Below are positions 1-10,124 of a DNA stretch of 64,000 nucleotides, one piece after another. The notes below the pieces were generated by a model that saw nothing but the letters and a program-made list of their open reading frames with translations, did no database searches and was not told where the DNA came from. Source of the DNA: Candidatus Eiseniibacteriota bacterium (GTDB lineage: Bacteria > Eisenbacteria > RBG-16-71-46 > CAIMUX01 > VGJL01); the NCBI GenBank assembly GCA_963792585.1, contig CAWBWI010000001.1, positions 1,953,743-2,017,742 on the forward strand, read 5' to 3'. How positions within the stretch are numbered: position 1 is the first letter of the stretch; each line of letters opens with the position of its first letter. Both the position numbers and the translations under genes were made by a program.

Positions 1-2094
1 TCGATCCTGCAAGTCTCCTGCGAGCAGCTCTTCATCAACGACGGGCGTCGTGCCGAAGAAGTTGAGATCCTGCTACCGATTCCCGCCGATGCGGTCGTGA
101 CCGACGGACTCCTGCTCGCCGACGGACAGGAGATTCGCGCGGAAGTCCTGCCCGCGGGCGAGGCGCGAGCGATCTACGAGCGGATCGTGCGCCAGCGCCG
201 CGACCCAGCGCTTCTCGAGCTCGCCGGGCACGGCCTCGTGCGCCTCTCGGCGTTTCCGATCCCGCCCGGCGGACGGCGGACCGTCTCCTTCCGCTATCAC
301 CAGTCGCTCCCCGGCGAGCGCGGCCGCACGCGGCTTGCGTTTCCCGTCGCGTCCCTCTGCGGGATCGACCGTAGCGGCCCGCTCGACTTCGACCTCACCA
401 TCGACGGGCGCGATCCGATCGAGCAGGTCTACTCCCCCAGCCACGAGTTCGAGATCACGCGCGAAGGGCCGACGACGGCCGACCTGCGCTACGTCGACGA
501 CTCCCCCGATCCTCGCGAGACGCTCGAGGTGAGCGTCGTGCGCGGCGGCGAGTCGATCGGGATCGACCTGCGCACTGCGCGCGAACGGGGCGAGGACGGC
601 TATTTCCTTCTCGCCGTCTCCCCCGGGTGGGATCTTCTCCGGGGTCGCGAGACCTCGAGCGAGGCGGTCACTTTCGTCCTCGACACATCGGGAAGCATGG
701 AGGGTGAGAAGTTCGAGCAGGCGCGGAGCGCGCTCGAGAGCTTCATCCGGGAGATCCCCCGTCAAGATCGATTCAATCTGGTCGCCTTCAGCGACGGCGT
801 CGACCTGCTCTTCGACGATGGGCCGCACCGCGTGACCGAGGAGACGCGTCGCCGCGCGCTCTCCTTCCTGCGCCGCCTGGAGCCGGGCGGCGGCACGGCG
901 ATCGACGATGCGCTCGATGCGGCAGGGCGGGCAACGCCGCAGGGCGGGATGATCCTGCTCCTGACCGATGGACAGCCGACGGTCGGAGAGACCGACCCGC
1001 GCACGATCGTCGAGAACGTGCGGCGTTTGCGCCGCGAGCAGCGATTCTATGCGTTCGGCGTCGGGTACGACGTCGACGCGAGACTCCTCGACGACCTGGC
1101 CGATCAAGGAAACGGCTCGGTCTCCTACGTGCGCCCCGGAGAGAACGTCGAGAACGCGGTCACGGCCCTCCGTCGCCGGGTCGGCCACCCGTGCGCGCGC
1201 AATGTCCGGATCGAGGTCGACGGGACGCGAGTGGATGAGATCTTCCCCGCGGGCGAGCAGGTCCTTTTCGCCGGAGAGCCACTGATCCTCGCGGGTCGCG
1301 TGAGCCCGCGCGCGCACCTCGCGACCGTGCGGATCACCGCCGAAGGTCCCGATGGGCGCCGCCTCGCCCGAAGCTGGCGGGTCGACTTCAGCGATCCGGA
1401 AGCGCGCAGTTCCGCCGTGCCGGTGCTGTGGGCGTCGCGGAAGGCGGCGTCGTTAATCGAACAGATCCGCCGCGAGGGATCCGACCGGCGCGCCATGGAC
1501 GAGCTGCGCGAGCTATCGCAGCGCTACGGCATCCTGAACGAGGAGGTCGCCCTGCTCGCCCGCGAGGACGACCCTGCTCTGTTCGCAGAGCGCGACCGCG
1601 CGCCGCAAGTTGGCGGCTGGCAGAGGATCAAGCAGCTCAGCGGAGGGTTGGCCATGAGGAGCGGTCGGGGCGTCGCGCACTCGCCGCAGTCCGCGCCAAC
1701 GCAGTCGAGCGTTCCAGCCCCGCGCGATGAGTTCGAAATGTCCGCGAAGACGTGGGAGCTGAAGGATGCGGGGATGGCGGCGCAGGCGAAGCTCGAGCCG
1801 GGTGACGTCGTAACCGCCGGCGAGAAGACGTTCCGCAAGGTTGGAGAGGTCTGGACCGACACGCGGATCGCCGACCCGCTGCCCAAGGGAACGAAGACGA
1901 TCCGGGTGCGCGCCTTCAGCGACGGATCATTCAAGCTCGCCGCGGCCGACGAGCGGATCGCCGCATGGCTCGCCGTTGGCGAGCGGGTGCGGATCGCGCT
2001 GCCGGGGATCGTTCTCGAGGTGACGCCGGGCGGGGAGGAAACGCTCTCGCAGTCGACGCTGCGGGAGATCCTCGACGCGCTGGCCCAAGACTAA
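1..2094 (+). CDS. VIT and vWA domain-containing protein (5'-truncated by window edge)
   Basis: Frame open from base 1; VIT-like segment (EARAIYERIVRQRRDPALLE); vWA MIDAS motifs FVLDTSGSM, GGTAI, LLTDGQPT. Confidence 0.85.
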   Translation, partial: SILQVSCEQLFINDGRRAEEVEILLPIPADAVVTDGLLLADGQEIRAEVLPAGEARAIYERIVRQRRDPALLELAGHGLVRLSAFPIPPGGRRTVSFRYHQSLPGERGRTRLAFPVASLCGIDRSGPLDFDLTIDGRDPIEQVYSPSHEFEITREGPTTADLRYVDDSPDPRETLEVSVVRGGESIGIDLRTARERGEDGYFLLAVSPGWDLLRGRETSSEAVTFVLDTSGSMEGEKFEQARSALESFIREIPRQDRFNLVAFSDGVDLLFDDGPHRVTEETRRRALSFLRRLEPGGGTAIDDALDAAGRATPQGGMILLLTDGQPTVGETDPRTIVENVRRLRREQRFYAFGVGYDVDARLLDDLADQGNGSVSYVRPGENVENAVTALRRRVGHPCARNVRIEVDGTRVDEIFPAGEQVLFAGEPLILAGRVSPRAHLATVRITAEGPDGRRLARSWRVDFSDPEARSSAVPVLWASRKAASLIEQIRREGSDRRAMDELRELSQRYGILNEEVALLAREDDPALFAERDRAPQVGGWQRIKQLSGGLAMRSGRGVAHSPQSAPTQSSVPAPRDEFEMSAKTWELKDAGMAAQAKLEPGDVVTAGEKTFRKVGEVWTDTRIADPLPKGTKTIRVRAFSDGSFKLAAADERIAAWLAVGERVRIALPGIVLEVTPGGEETLSQSTLREILDALAQD

Positions 2095-2115
2095 GCGACC
2101 GGCAAACGTTTGCCG

Positions 2116-2811
2116 CTAGACCGCGAAGGGCCCGGACCCGCAGGGGGACGGGCCCGTTCTTCCTTCTCGGATCTTCCCGTCGGTCGTGATGGTGACAACG
2201 TCCATCGGCGCCGTGGACTCGGCGGCCTGCATCGCGAACTCCGTCGCGCGCACGATCCCGCCGCAGCACGGCACCTCCATCTGGAGGACGGTGACCGAAC
2301 GGGGACGCGCGGTCTCGAAGATCGTCTTGAGCTTCGCGGCATGGGCCTGGATGTCATCCAGCTTCGGGCAGGCGACGACGACCGCGCGGCCGGCGAGAAA
2401 GTCCCGGTGATAGTTCGCGTAGGCGAAGGGCACGCAATCGGCGGTGACGAGCAGATCGGCATCGCGCAGCCAGGGGGCCATGGGAGAGACAAGGCTCAGC
2501 TCGACCGGCCACTGGCGCAGCGCGCTGCCGGCGAACTCCGGGATCTCGGGCGCTTTCGCGGGAATCGGATCGTGACGCGCGGACTCCCCCGCGTGAGGAT
2601 CGACGAAGGGATCGGCTTCGCGCTCGATGATCCGGATGGCTCCCTGCGGGCACTCCCCGAGGCAGTTGCCGATCCCGTCACAGAGGCTGTCGCGGACGAG
2701 TCGAGCTTTGCCGTCCACGATGGCGAGCGCGCCCTCGTGGCACGAGGGGATGCAGTTGCCGCAGCCGTCGCACTTCTCTTCGTCGATCTCGATCACCTTG
2801 CGAAGCGCCAT
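2116..2811 (-). CDS. 4Fe-4S dicluster ferredoxin-domain protein
   Basis: CDGCGNCIPSC and CDGIGNCLGECP; QWPVEL, ADC, CPKLD, MEVPCCGG; ATG 2811 preceded by GGAGG. Confidence 0.85.
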   Translation of the reverse strand: MALRKVIEIDEEKCDGCGNCIPSCHEGALAIVDGKARLVRDSLCDGIGNCLGECPQGAIRIIEREADPFVDPHAGESARHDPIPAKAPEIPEFAGSALRQWPVELSLVSPMAPWLRDADLLVTADCVPFAYANYHRDFLAGRAVVVACPKLDDIQAHAAKLKTIFETARPRSVTVLQMEVPCCGGIVRATEFAMQAAESTAPMDVVTITTDGKIREGRTGPSPCGSGPFAV

Positions 2812-2892
2812 GGATCCTCCTTGCGGGTTGTCCTTCCCAAAGATGCGGCTTTCCCCGCCCGGGAACCGATGACTTAGGTCACAGACGCGCAA

Positions 2893-4308
2893 TCAGGCAA
2901 TCACCGCCGCCTTGATCAGGTTCGTCGTCCCGGCCATGCCGATCGGGAATCCGGCCGTCAGGACGACCGTGTCCCCGCTCTTGAGGAGGCCCGCCCGCTT
3001 GCCCGCCTCGCGCGCCGCGGCGATCATTCCCTCGGCATCGGCCGTTTTCTCGACGAGGACCGGCACGACCCCCCAGACCAGGGCGAGTCGGCGGTAGGTT
3101 GACGCCAGGGGAGTCGCGGCCACGATCACCGTCGGAGGCCGGTACTTCGCCACCAGCCGCGAGGTGCTCCCCGACTGCGTGCAGGTCAGGATCGTGGGAG
3201 CTTTCAAGTCCAACGCCAGGCTGCAGGCGGCATGGGCGACCGCCTCAGGCAAGGTCGAGACCCCCGCCTCTTCGCTGCGGCGCCGGCAAGCCTCGAAGCG
3301 GAATCCCGTCTCGGCATCGTCGGCGATGCGCGCCATCATCTTCACCGCCTCGATCGGATAGGCGCCCATCGCGGTTTCCTCGGAGAGCATCACCGCGTCG
3401 GTCCCGTCGATGATCGCGTTCGCGACGTCGGTCACCTCCGCCCGGGTCGGACGGGGCGACTCGACCATCGAGCGCAACATCTGGGTGGCCGTGATGACCG
3501 GTTTGCCGGCACGGTTCGCCTTCGCGATCAGCATCTTCTGGACCAGCGGCACCCGCTCCAGCGGGATTTCGACGCCCAGATCGCCGCGCGCCACCATGAT
3601 CCCGTCGACCTCCGCGACGATCGCATCGATGCAGTCGAGCGCCTCGTGCTTCTCGATCTTCGCGATGATCGGGGTGTCCCCACCGTGCTCGCGGATGAGT
3701 CCGCGCGCCAGGCGGATATCCTCCGCGCTGCGGACGAAGGAGAGGGCGATGTAGTCGACCCCCTTCGCCACGCCGAAGGCGAGATCGGCGCGGTCCTTCT
3801 CCGAGAGCGACGGCGCGCGGATCGAGCGGGTCGGGAGATTGATCCCCTTGTGCGAACCGAGCGGCCCGCCGACGACGACGCGGCAGACGATATCCTCTTC
3901 GGTCGTCGAGAGGACGCTGAGTTCGAGCGCGCCGTCGCTCAAGAGGAGCGTGTCGCCGGGCTTCACTTCCTTAGGTAGGTCTGGATACGTCAAAGAAGCG
4001 GACTGCGCGTCGCCGGGCACATCGCGCGCGGTGAGGGTGAAGGTCGCCCCCGAACCGAGATCGATCGATCCGCCGGCGATCGGCCCGGTGCGGACCTTCG
4101 GCCCCGCGAGATCCTGCAGAATCGCCACGGGTCGATCGAGGCGCGCGGCGATCGCGCGCAGGGCATCGATGACCCGCCCGTGCTCTTCCTGCGTCCCGTG
4201 GGAGAAGTTCAGCCGGGCGACGTTCATCCCCGCGTCGACCAGATTCTCCAGGGCCTCGGGCGATCGCGACGACGGGCCGATCGTGCAGACGATCTTCGTT
4301 CGGCGCAT
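2893..4308 (-). CDS. pyk: pyruvate kinase
   Basis: RRTKIVCTIGP, ARLNFSHG, IIAKIE, MVARGDLGVE, ATQML, DAVMLSEETA; ATG 4308 with GGAGG. Confidence 0.97.
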   Translation of the reverse strand: MRRTKIVCTIGPSSRSPEALENLVDAGMNVARLNFSHGTQEEHGRVIDALRAIAARLDRPVAILQDLAGPKVRTGPIAGGSIDLGSGATFTLTARDVPGDAQSASLTYPDLPKEVKPGDTLLLSDGALELSVLSTTEEDIVCRVVVGGPLGSHKGINLPTRSIRAPSLSEKDRADLAFGVAKGVDYIALSFVRSAEDIRLARGLIREHGGDTPIIAKIEKHEALDCIDAIVAEVDGIMVARGDLGVEIPLERVPLVQKMLIAKANRAGKPVITATQMLRSMVESPRPTRAEVTDVANAIIDGTDAVMLSEETAMGAYPIEAVKMMARIADDAETGFRFEACRRRSEEAGVSTLPEAVAHAACSLALDLKAPTILTCTQSGSTSRLVAKYRPPTVIVAATPLASTYRRLALVWGVVPVLVEKTADAEGMIAAAREAGKRAGLLKSGDTVVLTAGFPIGMAGTTNLIKAAVIA

Positions 4309-4384
4309 CCATTCCTCCAGAGATGACGCGGGGCCGCCCGCGGCGCGCGCGGACGGCCCCGAATCGATCACTTCGATCCAGGAC

Positions 4385-6520
4385 TCACTCGGGCCTCGCG
4401 AAGAGCTTCGGGTCGACCGGGCCATTCACGATCGCCTCACTGACCTTTGCTTCGCCGAACGGCTCCCCGTCGAAGAGGGTCTTGACCGAGTAGGGAACCA
4501 TGACCGGACCGGTCTTGCGGAAGTCCCCGAAGATCTCCGTGACGTCCGCAGGACCTCCTTGGGGCGAGTCCCCGCGATACTGCAACCGCGCCGGCCGTCC
4601 CGTCTCCGGGTCGAGGAGCAGGTACGCCCGGTCCAGCCCGCCCCCGGTGAGCAAGACAACGTCGAGCGCCTTGCCGTCGACCGTCTCCTGCGCGAGCGCC
4701 TGCGCGGTGTAGGTGTCGGGGCGGCCGAAGAGCGACCAGAAGTCGCGCGCCCGATCCTCCATCAGATCGGCGATCTCCTCGGCGGTCATGTCCTCGAGTC
4801 CCTTGGGCGTCTTCTTCCATCCGGTATCGCCGGTGCGAACCATGACGACCTCGCCGAAGGGGAGCTTCTGCGCCACGTAGTCCTTGCCATCGGCGGTGCG
4901 CAATGACCGGATGCCGACCGTGAGCGACATCCCCTGGATCGTCACCGCCATGTCAGCCTTGCTCGACATGCTCTTGAGCCCTGCCCACGCGGCGCTGCCG
5001 CCCGTGGCCTTTGCCGCCCGGTCCAGCAGCTTCTTGCCCGCGGCGAGATTGTCCGGCGTAGCCGCCGGGACCTCGACCTTGGGCGGAGGCTCGGGGATCG
5101 TCAGGTCGATCGTCTGCACGTCGCCGAGCGACATGAGCGGCTGGGCGAAGTCCTTCTGATCGCCGACGAGGAGGAGTTGCAGATCATCGGGGTGGATGTT
5201 CCGCTTCGCCGCCGCGAGGATCGACTCGGCGGTGACCTTCTTGACCTCCTCCGGGTACTTCGAGGTGAAGTCCGCCGGATAGCCGAAGAAGTCGAGGTAG
5301 GCCATCCGCGCGGCGATCTGGCCCTTCGAGGCGTACTGGAAAACGTAGGAGTTCAGGATGCCGTTCTTCGCCTGATCGAGCTCCGTCTGGCTGACCGGTT
5401 CCTCGGTCAAACGCCGGACTTCCTTCTTGATGATCGCGAGGGCCACGAGTGCCGAATCGCTCCGCGTGCCCGAGTAGCCGAAGAAGACGCCGGGGCGCGC
5501 GAGTTCGGCGCCCGAGGAACCGCCGGCGGCATAGGCAAGCCCGCGCTTCGTGCGGATCTCGTTGAAGAGACGCGACGAGAAGCCGCCCCCGAAGATCTCG
5601 CCGAGGACTGTCATCGCGGCGTAGTCGGGGTTGTCGGCCTTGATCCCCACGTGACCGCCGACCACCCAGGTGTTCGTCATCGCCTTCTTCTCGGCGTAGT
5701 AGGTCCCGCCTCCCGGGATGATCTGCGCGGCGGGCGGCTCGGCCGGCGGAAGTCGCTTCGCGCCCTTCCAGTTGCCGAAGAGAGATTCGATCTGCGAGTG
5801 CACCTGCGCCGCGTCGAAGTCTCCCCAGATCGTGAAGTAGATCCGATCGGGGGTGAAGTTGCTCTTGTGGAAGGCGACCAAATCGTCGCGGGTCACTGCT
5901 TCGATCGTCGCGTACTCGGTCATCCGGGCGTACGGGTGGTCCTTTCCGTAGACGATCTGGGACATCGTGCGGAAGACGATGGCCATCGGCTCGTCGTTAC
6001 GGCCGGCGATCCCGCGCCGCTGATCGACCTTCGAGAGCTCGAGCTTCTCTTCCGGGAAGGACGGGTGCTGGATCACGTCGGCCAGAATCGTCAGAACCTC
6101 CTGCGCGTTTTCGCGCAGGCACCAGAAGTTGCCCGAGCCGTTGTTCGAGCCGATGTTGAACTCCAGCGAGGCGCCCATGTTCTCGAGCTTGCGATCGAGA
6201 TCATCACCGGGGTACTTCTCGCTTCCGCCCGTGCGAAGGACCTCGCCGGTCATCTCGGCGAGGCCGACCTTCTCGGCGGGATCGAGGGCGCCGCTCGCCC
6301 GCACCAGCACGCGCCCCTGCACGACCGGAAAGTCGTGATCTTCGAGGATGTAGAGGACCATCCCGTTCGGCAGGACGCTGCGCTGGACATTCGGTAGCGT
6401 GACTTCGTTCAGAGGCGGGTATTTCAGTTTGCTGGTATCCCAGACACCCCCCGCGACGGCGGCCGAGACGGCCGCGCAGGCGAGAACCGCGAGCAGGAGA
6501 CTAAACCGGATCCGCTTCAT
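4385..6520 (-). CDS. secreted M16 peptidase, non-catalytic subunit with extra C-terminal domain
   Basis: Signal peptide; LPNGM, SSRLFNEIRTKRGLAY; no HXXEH; about 200 extra C-terminal residues. Confidence 0.85.
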   Translation of the reverse strand: MKRIRFSLLLAVLACAAVSAAVAGGVWDTSKLKYPPLNEVTLPNVQRSVLPNGMVLYILEDHDFPVVQGRVLVRASGALDPAEKVGLAEMTGEVLRTGGSEKYPGDDLDRKLENMGASLEFNIGSNNGSGNFWCLRENAQEVLTILADVIQHPSFPEEKLELSKVDQRRGIAGRNDEPMAIVFRTMSQIVYGKDHPYARMTEYATIEAVTRDDLVAFHKSNFTPDRIYFTIWGDFDAAQVHSQIESLFGNWKGAKRLPPAEPPAAQIIPGGGTYYAEKKAMTNTWVVGGHVGIKADNPDYAAMTVLGEIFGGGFSSRLFNEIRTKRGLAYAAGGSSGAELARPGVFFGYSGTRSDSALVALAIIKKEVRRLTEEPVSQTELDQAKNGILNSYVFQYASKGQIAARMAYLDFFGYPADFTSKYPEEVKKVTAESILAAAKRNIHPDDLQLLLVGDQKDFAQPLMSLGDVQTIDLTIPEPPPKVEVPAATPDNLAAGKKLLDRAAKATGGSAAWAGLKSMSSKADMAVTIQGMSLTVGIRSLRTADGKDYVAQKLPFGEVVMVRTGDTGWKKTPKGLEDMTAEEIADLMEDRARDFWSLFGRPDTYTAQALAQETVDGKALDVVLLTGGGLDRAYLLLDPETGRPARLQYRGDSPQGGPADVTEIFGDFRKTGPVMVPYSVKTLFDGEPFGEAKVSEAIVNGPVDPKLFARPE

Positions 6521-6531
6521 TCCCCACCCCC

Positions 6532-8058
6532 TCAAGACGACGAGCCGGCGCTCTTGCGCAGGATCGCGACCGTCCGGTTGTCGACGCGCAGACACTCACG
6601 CGCCGCGTTCATCACGTCGTCTTTCGTAACGGCGTTGACCTCGTCGAGCTGGCGGAAGAGCTTGCGCCAGTCTCCGCGAATCATCTGGTTGTAGACGAGC
6701 TGCTCGGCCAGCCCACCGTTCGCCTGGATCTGGCGCAGGAAGCGCGCGCGTGAACGCGTCTTGAATCCGGCGAGCTCTTCGTCGGTCACCGGCGCGTCCT
6801 TGAGGAAGCGCGCGACCTCGCGGTCGAAGACGGCGAGCGCCGTGTCGGGCTCGACGCCGGAAGCGGGAACGATGTAGCTGAACATCAAGGTCGGGTACTT
6901 CTCCCCCGGCATTCCCGCGAACATGCCGCTCTGTACCGCGAGCTTCTTCTCCTTGACGAGCGTCGTGTAGAGACGGCTCGACCGGCCCTGTCCGATCACG
7001 TCCGAGAGCGCCTCGTAGGCGTGCCACTTCGGGTCGTTCACGTCGGGGATGTGCCAGCCGAGGAAGACGAGCGGCTGCTCGTCGGCGATCATCGTGACGC
7101 GACGCTCGACATCCTGCCGCGGCTCGATGGTCATGACGGGAGGCGGCGCGGGGGCGTCGCTCATCGTCGAGAAGTACTTCTTCGCGAAGCCTTCGATCTC
7201 GGAGGTCTTGACGTCTCCCACGACCGCGATCGTCACGTTCTTGGCGACGTAGTGCTCCTTGCGGAACGCTTCGGCCTGCTCGCGACTGAAGGTCTCGAGA
7301 TCGGATCGGTGGCCGATCAGACCATTGCCGTACGGAGCGGCGACGAAGGCGGTCTGGAGGAATCCCTCGAAGAGGCGCCCGGAGGCAGTCGATTCGGTGC
7401 GCATCCGGCGCTCTTCGATGACGACCTCGCGCTCCTTGTAGAACTCGCGCAAGACCGGGTTGATCAGGCGGTCCGATTCCGTCATCGCCCAGAGCTCGAT
7501 CTTGTTGGAGGGAAGCTCGTACTCGTACTGCGTCTGATCGGTGCCGGTGCCGGCGTTCAGTCCGACCACGCCATTGCGCTCCAGGATCGCGCTGAACCCG
7601 TTCGAAACGACGTACTTGTCCGCCTCGGCCTGCGCCGCCTTGAAGGAGTCCTTCAGCGCGGCGATCTTCGTCGAATCCGCGAGGCGCCCCTTGTAGCGCT
7701 CCGCCATCAGCGCGGCATAGGCGCGATCGACGGCGTCGAGGGCAACCTTCTCCTTCTTGTAGTCCGTGGTGCCGATGTTCGGCGTCCCCTTGAACGCCAT
7801 GTGCTCGAACATGTGCGCGATGCCGGTGACCCCGGCCACCTCGTCCACCGCCCCGACGTTCGCGTATGTGCGGAATGCGAAGACCGGCGCGTCGTGCCGC
7901 TCCAGGACGATGAACTTCAGTCCATTCGGGAGCGTGAACTCATGGACGTCCTTCTCCAGCGATGCGAATCCCTGCGTCGCCGGCGCGTCCGCGGCGAGCG
8001 CCGGTCCGACCAGCGCAAGCACGGCCAGCAGCCCGAAGGCGACCCGTGCGAGTCTCAT
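6532..8058 (-). CDS. secreted M16 (pitrilysin/insulinase) zinc peptidase, catalytic subunit
   Basis: Signal peptide; GIAHMFEHMAFKGT (HXXEH), EREVVIEERRMR. Confidence 0.92.
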   Translation of the reverse strand: MRLARVAFGLLAVLALVGPALAADAPATQGFASLEKDVHEFTLPNGLKFIVLERHDAPVFAFRTYANVGAVDEVAGVTGIAHMFEHMAFKGTPNIGTTDYKKEKVALDAVDRAYAALMAERYKGRLADSTKIAALKDSFKAAQAEADKYVVSNGFSAILERNGVVGLNAGTGTDQTQYEYELPSNKIELWAMTESDRLINPVLREFYKEREVVIEERRMRTESTASGRLFEGFLQTAFVAAPYGNGLIGHRSDLETFSREQAEAFRKEHYVAKNVTIAVVGDVKTSEIEGFAKKYFSTMSDAPAPPPVMTIEPRQDVERRVTMIADEQPLVFLGWHIPDVNDPKWHAYEALSDVIGQGRSSRLYTTLVKEKKLAVQSGMFAGMPGEKYPTLMFSYIVPASGVEPDTALAVFDREVARFLKDAPVTDEELAGFKTRSRARFLRQIQANGGLAEQLVYNQMIRGDWRKLFRQLDEVNAVTKDDVMNAARECLRVDNRTVAILRKSAGSSS

Positions 8059-8172
8059 CTGCCCCTCCTCCTCTTCCATCAAGGGAATCCCGCGCCCGGC
8101 GGGCCGGCGCGGGTCCGATCTCGTGCTATAGTGCCCGACGTCCCGAGATTATACGGAAGGACGGCCAAAAAG

Positions 8173-10083
8173 ATGCCCCGGATGGAGAAAACCTTACAGG
8201 ACCTGAAGACGGCCCTCCTGGCCTGCGCGCCCGGAACCGTCGAGGGATTCGACCCCGCGTTCACGCGTCCGCCCAACCCGGACCTCGGGGACATCGCGAT
8301 CGCGGTCTTCCCGCTGGCGAAGGGGCTGGGCAAGCCGCCGCAGCAGATCGCGCAGGACTGGGCGGCGCGGCTTCCGGCCGGCACCCCGCTGGGTCCCGAC
8401 CTTCGCCTGGAGAGCGCACAGGGGGCGGGTGGATTCCTGAACCTCCGTTTCGAGGCGACCTCGCTCCTGCGGAGCGTCTGTGCCTGCGTGACGGAGGAAG
8501 GATCGGCTTATGGCGCAATCACCACCGGGGCCGGCATGCGCGCCATGGTCGAGTACTCGAGCCCGAACACGAACAAGCCGCTCCACCTCGGGCACGTGCG
8601 CAACAACGTCATCGGCATGAGCCTCTCGAATGTCCTGGAAGCGGGCGGGTACGAAGTGATCCGCGCGAACCTGGTCAACGATCGGGGCATCCACATCTGC
8701 AAGTCGATGCTCGCCTACCAGACGTGGGGAAACGGCGAAACGCCGGCGATCGCGCGCGAGAAGGGCGATCACTTCGTCGGGCGTTACTACGTCCGCTTCG
8801 ACCAGGCCCTGCGCGAGGAGCGGACCGAGTACTTCCACCGCGAGGGGATCGATCCGGCGAGCCTCGAACGCGAGGCGCGCGACGAGGCGGAGGATCGTTT
8901 CCTCGCCTGGTCGAGCTGGCAGCGCAACGCCCAGAAGATGCTCCAGCGCTGGGAAGAAGGCGACGCCGCCACGCTCGCCCTCTGGCGCCGGATGAACGAC
9001 TGGGTCTACGAGGGGTTCCGGCAGACCTATGAGCGGCTCGGTTGCCGGTTCGACCGCTGGTACTTCGAGAGCGAGACCTGGCAGCTCGGCAAGGCCGAGG
9101 TCGAGCGCGGCCTCGGTATGGGCGTCTTCTATCGCAAGGAGGACGGCTCGGTCTGGGCGCGTCTGGAGCCAATGGGCTTGCAGGACAAGCTCGTCCTGCG
9201 CTCCAACGGCACCTCGGTCTACATCACACAGGACATCGGCACCGCCGTGCGCAAGCACGAGGACTACCGGATGGACCGCTCGCTCTACGTCGTCGGCGCC
9301 GAGCAGATCCTCCACTTCAAGAACCTCTTCGCGATGCTGAAGGCGCTGGGCTACGCGTGGGCGGAGGGGTGCACGCACGTCGCCTACGCGCTCGTCACCC
9401 TGCCGCGCGGCATGGGCAAACTCAAGTCACGCGAGGGAACCGCCGTCGACGCCGACGATCTTCTCGACGTTCTCCACGAAGAGGCGAAGAAGAAGATCGT
9501 CGAGGGTGGCTACTGCGGCGACGATCCCGAGCGGATCGAGGCGACGGCCGAGGCGATCGGTCAGGGCGCGCTGAAGGTGTACCTGCTGCAAGTCGGCAAC
9601 GACAAGAACATTGTCTTCGACCCGGAGGAGAAGCTCGCCTTCGAGGGCGACACGGGCCCGGCGATCCAGTACAGCCACGCGCGGATCTGCGGCATCGTGC
9701 GCAAAGGACTCGAGCGTGGGGTGATTGCCGAGGCCGATCTCGTCCCCGCGAGCGACGCTCCGGCGGGTGTCTGGACTGGGATGCGCGAGGAGCGGGTCGA
9801 CTACACGCGGCTCTCATCAAGCGAGGAACGGGAGATCGCACTGCGGTTGCTCGAGTTCCCGATCGCCGTGGGGCTTGCGAACCGGCAGCTCTCTGCCGCG
9901 CCGATCGCGACGTACCTGCTCGAACTCACGCGGGCCTATGCGCGCTTCTACCATGCGCACCGGGTATTGGACGCGGCGGATGCGGAGACGCGGAATGCGC
10001 GGCTCCACTTGAGCCTCTGCGTTGCGCAGGTCCTGCGACGGGGTTTGGGGATCCTCACAGTGGAAGCGCCCGACCGAATGTAG
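8173..10083 (+). CDS. argS: arginine--tRNA ligase
   Basis: VEYSSPNTNKPLHLGHVRN, NDRG, YITQDIG, KLKSREG, GPAIQYSHARI; start 8173 or 8182. Confidence 0.96.
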   Translation: MPRMEKTLQDLKTALLACAPGTVEGFDPAFTRPPNPDLGDIAIAVFPLAKGLGKPPQQIAQDWAARLPAGTPLGPDLRLESAQGAGGFLNLRFEATSLLRSVCACVTEEGSAYGAITTGAGMRAMVEYSSPNTNKPLHLGHVRNNVIGMSLSNVLEAGGYEVIRANLVNDRGIHICKSMLAYQTWGNGETPAIAREKGDHFVGRYYVRFDQALREERTEYFHREGIDPASLEREARDEAEDRFLAWSSWQRNAQKMLQRWEEGDAATLALWRRMNDWVYEGFRQTYERLGCRFDRWYFESETWQLGKAEVERGLGMGVFYRKEDGSVWARLEPMGLQDKLVLRSNGTSVYITQDIGTAVRKHEDYRMDRSLYVVGAEQILHFKNLFAMLKALGYAWAEGCTHVAYALVTLPRGMGKLKSREGTAVDADDLLDVLHEEAKKKIVEGGYCGDDPERIEATAEAIGQGALKVYLLQVGNDKNIVFDPEEKLAFEGDTGPAIQYSHARICGIVRKGLERGVIAEADLVPASDAPAGVWTGMREERVDYTRLSSSEEREIALRLLEFPIAVGLANRQLSAAPIATYLLELTRAYARFYHAHRVLDAADAETRNARLHLSLCVAQVLRRGLGILTVEAPDRM

Positions 10084-10124
10084 GCCGGGCGCTTCCAAGT
10101 TGGACGCTTGTGGAAAAGCGTTCG

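Noticed and set aside
7021..8172. N-terminal extension making ArgS 1020 aa
   Set aside because: Antisense shadow of the M16 gene; ArgS-like sequence starts at about 8173-8182.
8060..8172. T-box leader before argS (and before metG)
   Set aside because: Leaders are too short and lack the T-box consensus.
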